A stretch of DNA of 63,922 nucleotides, filler included, from Bigelowiella natans CCMP2755 (taxonomy: Eukaryota > Protista > Cercozoa): NCBI GenBank assembly GCA_000320545.1. It is 5 parts of 5 records of this genome, joined end to end, with 100 filler letters (N's around TTAATTAATTAA, not from the genome) between each part and the next. Parts side by side here need not be neighbours in the genome. Positions count along the whole stretch, not along the records: positions 38,126 to 48,756 come from ADNK01000197.1; positions 48,857 to 62,420 come from ADNK01001926.1; 3 more parts are not named here. One strand, written 5' to 3'. Position 1 is the first letter of the stretch. Every line of letters begins with the position of its first letter. The position numbers and the translations under genes were made by a program. Of the stretch, positions 38,126 through 49,892 are shown one piece after another. The notes under the pieces were generated by a model that made no database searches, was not told the origin of the DNA, and saw only the letters and a program-made list of their open reading frames with translations.

Positions 38126-39405
38126 GCTTACGTCGATGCCTCCTGGAAAACCTGCAAGAAAACGGGTAAATCATACTCAGGATATTTCATATCGCTAAGC
38201 AACGCACCTGTTGTCTGGAAGAGCAACAAGCAAAAGGTCGTTGCTATGTCCAGTGGCGAGGCTGAGTACATAGCACTATCAGATATATGCAGAGAGTTAG
38301 TGTATGTCACTCAGTTACTACAGGAGTTAAAGATGAAGATACCGAAACCTGTACCTGTGTATTGTGACTCTCAAGCAGCTATCTCCATTGCAGCCAAGCC
38401 TGGATTCACACAAAAAGGCAAGAACATAAGGATAGAATATCACAATGTTCGTGATAACTATCAAACTAAGCAGATCTGCATAAACAAAATACCTGGGGAG
38501 GACAATCCCGCTGATATACTTACTAAGGCTCTACCAGGACCTAGCAACAAGAAACACTGTGATTTCTTGTTCCCTATATCATACAGAGAAAAACTAACCA
38601 TCATGCTACAAGGCACCAGAAAAAGAAAAATAACTACAAAGACTCTACCTTACAAGCTCCCTCGCCTTGTCGGCCCCACGTCCGCTTAGTCGCCCTATGA
38701 AAGCCCCACGTCCATTTAGAAACCTACAACATATAAACATATAGGCTGCAAGGTTTTAATGGCACACATCTTTGTATGTGTGTACCTTTCCTTGCGTATC
38801 TTGCTATGGACTATATGCACAGTGTCTTCCAGACACTCTCGCTATCATGGGGGCGAATGTAGAATACGCTATAGATTTCTATATGATTGCACAGTGTCTT
38901 CCAGACACTGCACAATCATGGGGGCGGATATAATAATGAAGACGAGATACCTAGTGTATAACAAATACGAAGTCAAATATAAGGAGAGAACATGCAAAAG
39001 CTGTATACTACAAGATACCTACGAAGTTAACAAAAGGAAAAACGATCGCCTGGAGATCCACACAATTATCGGTATTATATTGGAAGTGGCGAGGCATCTG
39101 CTGTGGCTCCTATGTACAATGGCCACAATAAAGAAATGCAGAGACCGCAACAAAGCAGCATGGGTAATATAGCGATTTCTAAGGCACGTGAACTTGAGTC
39201 TCCATACAGGGTTAACGGATCGTCCACAGCATGACTACCAAGGAGGGCCTATTCACAAAGACAACCAAATAGTTACGCAGAGAAATGGCTATCACAGATC
39301 CAGGCCGGTCGAAGCGGTGAATATTCATTATGAGGAAGTTAGCGCCCCTTATGGTGCTCAGTGATGACTCATTATTATATAAATAATTCAATAACCGTCG
39401 TTATA
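38126..39405 (+). mobile_element. 3' end of Ty1/Copia LTR retrotransposon (RNase H, PPT, putative 3' LTR 38929-39405)
   Basis: YVDASW...SGYFI...VVWKSNKQKVVAMSSGEAEYIALS...VYCDSQAAI...KNIRIEYH...NPADILTKAL (Copia RNase H, stop at 38689). PPT gggggcgga at 38920-38928, then tataata...cgttata. Confidence 0.92.
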
Positions 39406-39959
39406 GCTTTCCGGTAAGAGAATCCTCGCTCCCCCCTTCATGGAAGCAGGCAGAAGGGGAATCTATCACAATGAGGGTTCTGGCACAAAAGGTTATCATG
39501 GCAAGGACACCGATAGATCGAAATTGGCCGCACCTTATGAGACAAAATCGCGCCTACAGGGCGAAGCATACTTGGGGTCGAACGTTCGGGACCAGGCAAG
39601 AGCAGCGGTCCCTCAACAAAGCTTTGAGGGGGCTCCTCCACCCCCCCTTCCTCGTCATATCACTAACGAAACAGCTAGTATTAGCTTAGTCTCACAAAAA
39701 CGCAGCAACAATCTGGAATCTTTCTGGAACTTTCATGGGCATCAGAAACAACCCTTCAAAGTAGACCGCCGTAGCCATCACAACGCAAACAGCAGCAGCA
39801 GTAGTGACAGTGTAAGTGACAGAGATGGCATCAAACAGCAACGATCAAACCAGAAGGGTCGTGCTGCTCGTACTGCTGATGACGAAAAACAGAAGAAGAA
39901 GAAGAAGGAGGAAAGGACTACTTGCACTACCCACCTGTCTACCTACCTACCGAGCCTTG

Positions 39960-42400
39960 GTCAACACCGCATGTGGGTGCAGGTGACGAACGTAGGGCAT
40001 TCCGGAATTTTTCTGGAATCTTTCTGGAAGTGCCCAGGGGATTCCAGAATTTTTTCTGGAAGTGCACCAGTGTCGCAGAAAAATTCTTTTCTGGAAGCAC
40101 ACTGGTGTCGTTCAAAAAAATTAATTTTTTGGACAAGTCCCAGTTCGTACCGAAATGGTGGCACCTTGCCCAGTCAGGCAAGAATTTTTCCTGCCGATTT
40201 CGGAGTGCACCATGCCCATGGCACCTTGCCCAGTTGCAAGCCTGGGAATTTTGTGCCTCTGCACAGAGTTTTTGGGCGTCTGGTGGTGCGATGTTTGGTC
40301 GGCAAAACATTGCCAACCATTCGGACTCCGAAACCTTTGGGAATGGCGTCCATGTGCAGCACCGTGCAAAAGTTCTGTCACCATGGCAGAAATGGCACGT
40401 GCACATCAGCACTCTGATCGTGGTCACCACGTCCATGGGGGCGTGTCAGCGGTCTGGCCGCGCCACCCACGATCAAGGAGCTGTCGCAGCATGCGCACGT
40501 CCACTCGTGCTGCACGCTGCGCTGCGCACATGCGCATGGAAGTTCTCAGAACTTCCAGAATCTTCGAGAACATTCCGGAAGCTTCGAGAACCTTCCAGAA
40601 ACACTCGAGAGAATTCGAGAGAATTCTGGAAGATTCGAGAATCTTCGCGAATGCGCCGGAACCCAATGCGCACATGCGTGCAGCGCAAGTCACAAGTCAT
40701 CATCAGAATCCAAAAGCACACGAGACCGCGTGTTGACTTTCCAACATCAACAGCACAGTCCCGCGCACAAAAGCCAAACAGCTACCGCTAGTCCGCTAAA
40801 AAAGTGGCTACATGATCATTGACCACAGAAGGAATCATGGCTCAAACAGCAAGCAGGCTGAAACTTCAATTTTCACCCACAGAGCACAACAAAAAGAGTG
40901 CAAAGTGGCACATGCTAGCATGTCTGGGCCTTGCCCTTATTGATGAGCAACTGAGCCATCGTGAGTCATGAAGCCCACGTGCACCAACAACTTTCATCTT
41001 TGAGTGTTGAGAAAAAGGAGATTTCTCCTTCGACTGTGCTGCTGGAGAATTCGTTTGATGTGCGGATTGGATTGCACAATTTTTCAAATCATGTGGTGCA
41101 TCTCCAGCAGCACCAGAGCAGGCACATGGTCCCGATGTGGAAATCACACCAGCACGATTTGCGAGATGGAGCCAGCGCATGGATTCTCCACAATCACAAG
41201 TTTTGAAACGCGTTCTTGGCATGCCAGGATTGCTAGATCGCTAGATCGGTGTCAAACGACACCCCATGCTAGCATGCAACATCTCATCGCATGCATTGCC
41301 TCCTCGCCTCACAACAAAACCAAAGTGTGCCTGAGCTTGGTTGAGCATGAACATCGCTGTTCATGACGGTGGATGTAGGCAACAACAACAGCGCTGTTCC
41401 GAACAAAGAACTCCAGGAATGACAGGAGCAGCTACGGCTTCCTTGCAGACATCAATCGCGCACACAAAACCCTGGGGAAACAGTCACGCGTTTTTGTGTT
41501 TCGCAGAGAGCGAGCTTGATCAATGAAGACACAATGGGAGACTCCTCCAATCACCACCACCCTTTCTGATCAAAAATCACACGTGAAGAAACAATTCAAA
41601 CCCATGAATCAGGCAACATTCGATCGCTGCTGTCGGACAACGTGCACACACAACGTGTTGCATGTGCATCATGTGGGTGGATGATGCCACCAGAGCAGTG
41701 TGTTCAAAACACCATTTACAGCTCGACAGCCACACACGGGTCCTCACCACTGGCGGGGACATCATCAGACTGCCCAGCATCGCCATCACATGGATGCAAA
41801 GCATTGCGGGCGTCCAAAATTTGGACAGCTTCATGCTGTCACGAACTAGCGAGGACAATGTGACATTCTGGCATTGCCGATGCAAAGTAGCACACTCTAG
41901 CACTGCAGCACTCTGGCACTGCAGCATTGCGCGACGTGTGGCATCATGTCGTCATGACATGTGTGGCCATTTCTAGATTTGTTGAGCTGCCCCAAGATGC
42001 ACAACAACAAACCAGGCTGCAGACCCGGCAATCAAATGACTGCCATCATGGAGAGATGGGATGAAACCAAGCGACCATCAAGGGAACAAAAGCAAAATCG
42101 CAGCAGGGTGCGTGCACCACGACGCGCACGCCACTGTGCTCATCCATGCATGAAAGACATCACAACAGAAACGAAAGTGCACAATTTGAGCGCTGCAGCC
42201 ACTTGTGCGTTGCATGGCTACATCAGGATGACCATTGTTCATTTCAGATTCAAATTGATCATCACATCCGTCTCATGAACACCCACATGCATTGCATGTT
42301 TCAGTGCATAGATGTTGCTCTCTTTTTGTCACAATTGTGCACATTTTTAAAGCATGACTAATGCATGATGCTGCATGATGGATTTGACATGCATAGCGTG
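39960..42400. mobile_element. Decayed transposon-derived block, strongly TpA-depleted; includes putative LTR 40444-40746
   Basis: catgggggcg PPT (same core as the upstream Copia) directly followed by TGTCAG...CCAACA. No TpA in 40150-40782; 14 TpA in 40801-42300. Confidence 0.65.
40539..40651. promoter_or_regulatory. ~10-bp-period TTCnnGAA array (heat-shock-element-like) inside the putative LTR
   Basis: gaagttctcagaacttccagaatcttcgagaacattccggaagcttcgagaaccttccagaa...gaattctggaagattcgagaatcttcgcgaa; similar units at ~39999-40096. Confidence 0.6.
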
Positions 42401-43675
42401 AATCGAACAAGATGCTCTAATTTTAATGCAACAATAGAGAAAGCTGATTTCATTTACAGTGAAATCCCTTCATTTCTTTGTATTACTCGCTACTTATATA
42501 TCCAAACAATCCTAGATGCCACCTCCTTTTTGTCAGTCATGTCAGTCACCATGTCGATCCCTCAGTGCCTATCGTGTATCGCCAAACAAAAAGATAGACA
42601 ACATGAACGCAACATATTCTGCCGACATCGTCCGTCCGTCGACGCATATCAGCATGCAGCAGGTGCAAATGCTTATTATTCGTTCATACATACTATACAG
42701 TGCAGGAAAGCATACAATAAGTAGTAGTAGTAGTAGTAGTAGTAGCAGTGGTTGTACCCCAGGCAGTAGCATCAACATCGTCCCTTTTGTTGTAATCGCT
42801 ACTTTCTACCCCCCAAGATAACGACGATGCTGCTGCATTAGATTCTAGCAGGGGTGAATAAGCACATACATACTACTTAGCGAATGATGACTAGTTATGA
42901 TAGGAGATAATATAAAGCTAACATGAGACAAATCTTTTATACCCCAAACTACTACTTCTTCTTCCTTTTCTTCTTCATACGTATGATTAGTCATTGCCAT
43001 CTACTACTTACTACAAATCGAAGCAGTATTTCATCTATACGTGTACAGTAACAACACCATCATCTACTACTATAGTATGTACTACAACCTCCTCCTCCCC
43101 ATCCTGAGATTTCAGCATGCCCTCTCTCCCTACCCCATGCAGCAGCACCAGCAGCGGTAACACCATCCCCTACGGTCTCCGATTTTCGTTATTATTGTTC
43201 TTGCCTGTAGTAATCAATAAATACACGTTAAGAATACTGATTGATTGAACAATTCTATGATGACTCACTGTTTAATTTACTATGCCTTTATTACTCCAAC
43301 TACAAAGACACAATATATCTGCTTCTCTCCGTTCAATAATGATAAAAAATACGAGGACGACGACGACGAGGGTAACGCGACGTCCACAGCGATTTACTAC
43401 CACCACTACTTTATTGATCTATTTTCCCCTTTCTAGTAGTAGCATGTTGGTTTATGTTATAACTAACACCGTTGCCGTTTGTGATTATTCATTAATCTAA
43501 AATAGCTTCTTTACTTATAACCACCCACTCAATAGAGAAGATAATCATTTATTTACTGTCTTATTTACTATCTTATTCATTTATGATCATGTGCCTATTA
43601 AAAGAGGGAAGGCGTCTAAAATGAACCACGTGTCTGGCTGGAATACGACCGTCATCATAATTATCATCATCATCG

Positions 43676-43706
<31 letters not shown>

Positions 43707-44731
43707 ACGTTATTGTCGTTGCCATCCATAGCTAAGTGAGCTAATATATCTATACATATCACAAGTCTTCTGTTTCTTACTTTCTTTCCTGATTGGAATT
43801 CGTTGTTGTTTCGGGAATTGTTTTTCCCTCTTCTTTGTTGTAATATTAGTAGTATTAGCAGCTTTCTTGTAATCTTCACCGTCACTGAAATAAGGATCTT
43901 TTCGCTTACATCTTTCTCTTTTTTCAATTTTCTTCTGATGGCGTTGGTGGTGATGGTGGTGCTGCTCTTCTTGGTAATAATAATGGGAGAGGTGTCGGTC
44001 TTCTCTCTTCTCTGGCATGTAACCGTGATGACTACTACTGCTGCTACTACTACTTTCTACAACAATGTGAACACCACCACCACGTCTAGGAGGTGCTAGT
44101 CTTCTTTTTCTCGAATGATGCTGCTGTAAGGACGATGACGATGATCGTGAGGAGGAAAACCAAGGGTGGTGCTTCTCCTGCTGTTGGTGTTGCTCAACTT
44201 GTTGTTGTTGTTGTGGTTTTTCTATTATCATCTTGACCTTCTTCTTATACTTGTGTCGTCCACTCATCATCATCATTCTCCTCTTCTTCGCTAATGCTTT
44301 CTCTTTCTGCTCAACAGGTTGGATTTCTCCTATAATGTATGCAAGAATAATAATCATAATCAAAATAATTGTCTAGGAATCAACTCAGAACGATAAAATG
44401 ATAGCTATTCGTTTCTCTCTGTGTAGGATTATTATTATTACTACTATCAGGTAACATGCACGCAGAGATAGGGAAGATAACAACGTACATAGCGAATGAG
44501 GATACTACTTCTACTTACTACTACTATTACTACTACTACTACTACTACTAATAATAATAATAATACAACGTATACCCTTTACATCATCAATTCGAATTGT
44601 AGTAAGGAAGTAAGTAAGTAAGTAAGTAGCGCTGGTGGTTGCTGCTGCTGCATTGATATTAATATTAATAATAACAATATTATTAATATTGTGGTTCCTA
44701 GGAGTAAGTAGGGTGAGATAGTGGTAGTGTG

Positions 44732-44764
<33 letters not shown>

Positions 44765-44917
44765 AGTGATATGTAGTAGTATCAGAAAAGTGATAGATTC
44801 ATAAGTAAAATAGCAGAGTAGTGCCAACATAAAAAGCATCATCATCCCTTCCTTCCTTCCTTCTCCAGGTTACTGTTACTACTCTTCTTCACTAGCAGTG
44901 AGCAGCTTACCTCTTTC

Positions 44918-45230
44918 TTCTTCTTGTTCTTCCTTCGCCCACTCCTCCCCCCATTCTCCTCCTCCTCCTCCTCCTAGTCCTCCTCCTCCTTTTCCTCTGT
45001 CTTGTTCTTCCTTCGCCCACTCCTCCCCCCATCCCCATCCTCGTCCTTCTGCTTTTCCTCCTCCTCCTCCTCCTCCTCCTCCTCCTCCTCCTCCTCCTTT
45101 TCCTCTGTCTTGTTCTTCCTTCGCCCACTCCTCCCCCCATCCCCATCCTCGTCCTTCTGCTTTTCCTCTTTCTTCTTTTTCCTTCCCCCACTCCTCCCCC
45201 CATTCCCATCCTCGTCCTCCTCCTCCTCTT
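44918..45230. repeat. Four imperfect copies of cttgttcttccttcgcccactcctcccccc... interleaved with (CCT)n
   Basis: Units start near 44921, 45001, 45108, 45175. Confidence 0.75.
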
Positions 45231-45333
45231 GTTTCTTGTCCTCTTCCTTCCACGTTTCCACTCTCTTTTTGAGTAGTAGTAGTAGTAGTAGTGGTGGTGG
45301 TGGTGGTACACGTATTAGTATTGCCATCATGAA

Positions 45334-45367
<34 letters not shown>

Positions 45368-45390
45368 CCACGTATTAGTATAGCCATCAT

Positions 45391-45437
<47 letters not shown>

Positions 45438-45472
45438 ACAAATCATCATAAAAACTACGACTGATTTGAAGT

Positions 45473-45507
<35 letters not shown>

Positions 45508-46269
45508 TTGTGAAATAATACTACATACAAGGAGTAGCAGCATGTCAGCAGCAATCACCTATACCCGATTCTCCTCCTGTTCTTCCACCTCCTCCTTTAC
45601 CTTCTTATAATAACACAACACACATCAAGAATCGACTCCTCGTCATTGCCATTGTCATCGTCATCATCGTCATCATCGTATTGTCCTGGTGGTGTTGGTG
45701 GTTGTTATCTTTCTCCTTCTTCTTCTTCCTCTTCCTTGGTATTGGTACTACTGTGATAATAATTCCGACCATCTTCTTCTTCTTCTTCTTCTTCATGATA
45801 ATTCGTCCTTCTCCTCCTACTGCTGCTACTGTTGCTGCAGGTAGTAGTAGTAGTAGTAGTAGTAGTAGCATAATCATTCTCATGATGAAGATGGCGATTA
45901 CTACGTGTACTGATAGTGGTTGTAGTAGTAGTAGTAGTAGCATCATGGTAGTGGTAGTACGATGAGGGATGATCTCCTCCTCCTCCTCCTCCTCCTCCTC
46001 CTTCTCTTGTTGTAGTATCATGGTAATGGTAGTACGATGAGGGATGTTCTCCTCCTCCTTCTCTTCCTGCTCTTCTTCGCCTTCTTCTTCCCTCTACTGA
46101 GGAGAGAAAAGTATACTTACCAATATTATTATCATCATCAACAACATCATTGTATCTTTGACCATTGTTGTTATTATGGTCTCCTCTTTGGTTTTGTCAC
46201 CGACGACGATTGTATTGATGATGATGATGATGACGATGATGATGACGATGATGATGAATTCTGGTATGT

Positions 46270-46302
<33 letters not shown>

Positions 46303-46570
46303 GGACATCCACATCATCATCATCATCATTAGTTGTTGTTGTTGTTGAGAGGATGGATCACTACAACCCCAACTGCTAGATGCTACGTATTAATAGATAG
46401 CAGTCGAGAACACGGATCATCATCATCATCATTATTATTTTCATCACTAATTTTATTATTGTTATCGTTATTATTCTCCCCTCCCCTACATCAGTTGATA
46501 GCAGGTAACTAATGAAGTTATATTAGGTCCTCTTATAAGTTTCGAAAATACAACAATGTATTATCTGCTG

Positions 46571-46604
<34 letters not shown>

Positions 46605-46954
46605 TTAACCATAAAACTCACCACGGACAGAATCTGATAATAACCGTCCCCGTTCTAATTCTGGTCCTTCGTCACGTCTCCCCCCCCCCCATCCTCCTCC
46701 TACTACTCCTCCTCCTCTCGCTATTACAGACAGAAAAGCACGAAAATGGGAGAGAGAGAGAGGGAGAGAGAGAGAGGGAGAGAATCAGTCGTAAGATGTA
46801 CTCTTTGCCTCAATATCTTGAAATTTGATGATGTTGATAATGTCTTTTCTAATAGAAGCTATGGGAATAGGCAAACAAAAGTAAATGTAATTCTCCATAT
46901 TGCACCACCACCACCACCACCAGTAGCAGTAGCATTGTTGTTTGCTGTCATAAT

Positions 46955-47254
46955 TCTCTCCCTCTACCTCTACTCACTATCATATGCTGTGAACTGCTCT
47001 CTCCCTCTCCCTCTACTCACTATCATATGCTGTGAGCTGCTCTCTCCCTCTACCTCTACTCACTATCATATGCTGTGAGCTGCTCTCTCCCTCTACCTCT
47101 ACTCACTATCATATGCTGTGAGCTGCTCTCTCCCTCTACCACTACTCACTATCATATGCTGTGAGCTGCTCTCTCCCTCTACCTCTACTCACTATCATAT
47201 GCTGTGAGCTGCTCTCTCCCTCTACCTCTACTCACTATCATATGCTGTGAACTG
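46955..47254. repeat. 43-bp minisatellite x7
   Basis: tctctccctctacctctactcactatcatatgctgtgagctgc at 46955, 46998, 47041, 47084, 47127, 47170, 47213. Confidence 0.95.
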
Positions 47255-47774
47255 TTTTTGTTATTAGCCATCATTGTGTGACTTATACTTACTACTTACT
47301 TCACAACATATTCACACTACTCAAATTGCTATCTGCTCCAACTACTCCTACTTTTCCTACTTCTTATTCTACTACTACTACTACTACTACTACTACTCTA
47401 CCACTACACTCATGCTAATTAATCAGGCATCATCAGGTGCTCATTTATTCATTTATACTATCATAATTTTTTTCTTCTACGTGTTAAGTAGTAATACTCT
47501 GTAGTCTCCTATATCCTCCCCTCCCCCGGCCTCTGTAGTATCCTCTTATCCTACCAGAGGAAGAAGGGGGAGGGGGAGGAGGAGGAGGATGGCCCCGAAG
47601 TGTTATTACCGCCGCTGCTCCTGCTGAAGTGATTTCTGCATTTATCGTCTTCTTTGTTGTCTTCTTCTTGTTTTTCTTCTTCTTCTTTAACGACGACGAC
47701 GACGACGATGACGATGCTCGCATAACAGCAAACGCCATCATTCGGTTTGGAGGCATGTCCTTCCTGTTAATTAA

Positions 47775-47807
<33 letters not shown>

Positions 47808-48697
47808 ACAGAAAGAAAAAGGGGTAAGAGGTGATGATAGAAGAGAAAGAAGAAGAAGAAGAAGAAGAAGAAGAAGAAGAGAAATACATGAGTAGCAAGA
47901 GAGCAGGATGTTGAAGAAAGGAGACGGAGGAGAAGAAAGAGGAGGAGAATAACCGATGATTGATTGATTGATTGATTGATGATGACTATAATACCGGAAT
48001 GCCTTTTTTAAAATATTCGCCATCCTAGGATTTTTCACGCTACTAATACCGGTGCTACGCTTTTTTTTCCTAGGGCAGCAGCAGTAATAGCAACAACATC
48101 AATAACAACAACAATAACAACATCAATAACAACAACAACAACAACAAACAACAATATTTATCAAGCAATAATGTATGGGTCATAACCGTCATCACCACCA
48201 TCAATCAATCATCACAACGACAACGATCGATCGACCATATTGCTGATCACTCTACAAACTACTGTATGTATATTATATTATTAGTGCCAATATATATACC
48301 ATATATTATTATGATGATAATCATCACATCATAATTATCATCATCGTCATCAGTACGACTACAAACACGACCAATATATAGTCATATGATATCAATCAAT
48401 CAACAACATTTTGTTGTCGTTGAACCAGTGCTACTAGCTCAGTAAAATACGACGACATAATACCTCCAGTTAGGGCACATAATATACCACTTATTGTTTT
48501 CAGATATGCGTATTAATGCGTGTTTCTGCCAGAAATAGAAGGGAACAATAAGATATTCGTATTCTATATGTGTTTCTGAAATAGAGCAGCATAGAAATGA
48601 AGAAAACCAATAGTAATATTGTGAGGAATAATGTGGAAAGGGGAGGACGAAGAAGAAGAAGGACAAACAGAGGCAAGATTACATACATACACACGAT

Positions 48698-48741
<44 letters not shown>

Positions 48742-48756
48742 GGGGGGGGGGGGGGT

Positions 48757-48856
48757 NNNNNNNNNNNNNNNNNNNNNNNNNNNNNNNNNNNNNNNNNNNN
48801 TTAATTAATTAANNNNNNNNNNNNNNNNNNNNNNNNNNNNNNNNNNNNNNNNNNNN
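48757..48856. other. Assembly gap spacer
   Basis: N44-TTAATTAATTAA-N44. Confidence 0.98.
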
Positions 48857-48927
48857 AGGGGGGGGGGGGAGGGAAAGGTTAGAAGTAGAAAGAAGAAAGA
48901 ATTAAGAAGCATCATATACATGAGTAC

Positions 48928-49046
48928 GCACAAGGAAGATCGAAGACTTGATAAGTCACATATTGCCACAGCTTATCGCTCCCTGCATTCCGCACTATTG
49001 CCAGGCCTTATTGTACAAACACACGAGTTCCAAATTAGATGATGAC

Positions 49047-49083
<37 letters not shown>

Positions 49084-49369
49084 GGAGGTACTTGATGAAG
49101 CATTGTGTGGAAACACAGCTTTATGTTCTTTCAGTTGCGATTTGTCAATATTGGCACACGGTCATTATAAATGAAGAAATGAATAAGTGCGTGTATCACA
49201 AAATGTTTAGATTACTTCTCCGAAACATACGCCTTCCGCACCATAACTCCCCGTCTAATTCGACCTGGAAATACGTGTACAAGGAGAGAGAGAGTGACGA
49301 TGACGATGATGATGAGGATGATGATGAGGATGATAGAAATATTACGCAGTTTCAAACCAAACTATAGGG

Positions 49370-49409
<40 letters not shown>

Positions 49410-49595
49410 CATATAGACATAATCAGGAGAATAGCGACGATGCATGTACTAGAGTTACATTCTGTGGCATTTTGGCTTTGAACCAATCGGGTGCAGGGAA
49501 TTGATTTCCTCTCCGAGAGTAGAAGGCCTTTCCTGACCTGTGTTACAGCTTTTTCAGATGAAACCTCTTATCAACGTCAACCAAAAAAAAATGCT

Positions 49596-49634
<39 letters not shown>

Positions 49635-49636
49635 TA

Positions 49637-49681
<45 letters not shown>

Positions 49682-49858
49682 TTATACATATATTATATAG
49701 GGTCAGGGAGTGAGGGAAAATACACGCACCAGAAAGCTCGTACTCCGTCAAGTTTTTCTGATATCCAATAGCCGGTTGGACTGATTCTTTCTCTCCATTT
49801 TTCTGCCAGCATCAGCTTCGTTGTCGCCACAACAGCCTGTTACAAGACAACACCCATC

Positions 49859-49892
<34 letters not shown>

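Larger units (their letters stand above)
42450..48756 (-). other. Low-complexity, trinucleotide-microsatellite-saturated region, probably containing a minus-strand gene for a disordered protein
   Basis: Long acidic/basic/His/Gln ORF pieces (43710-44363, 44974-45390, 47484-48038) with plausible splice sites; no domain recognised with confidence. Confidence 0.35.

Noticed and set aside
38005-38130. Copia inserted into the At1g16080-like gene
   Set aside because: The junction is an assembly spacer and I could not find the remaining exons downstream; adjacency unproven.
40150-42300. CpG-methylation decay or classical RIP as the cause of the TG/CA excess
   Set aside because: CpG remains common and TpA, the RIP product, is the dinucleotide that is missing.
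39922-42361. Many overlapping His/Cys/Met-rich ORFs on both strands
   Set aside because: Expected by-product of TpA loss (TAA/TAG stops and Tyr codons removed); no recognisable protein.
46955-47254. 43-bp repeat array as CRISPR
   Set aside because: Head-to-tail units with no unique spacers and no cas genes; ordinary minisatellite.
48463-48530. KHALIRISENNKWYI as part of an FHA domain
   Set aside because: Too short, and flanking FHA motifs were not found.
48948-49367. 139-aa plus-strand ORF
   Set aside because: Antisense shadow of ligase exons and introns.
49250-49460. Apparent non-canonical intron at the ligase L-DGEL junction
   Set aside because: A canonical GT-AG solution exists (PQN|gtaact...ttccag|VELDGE).
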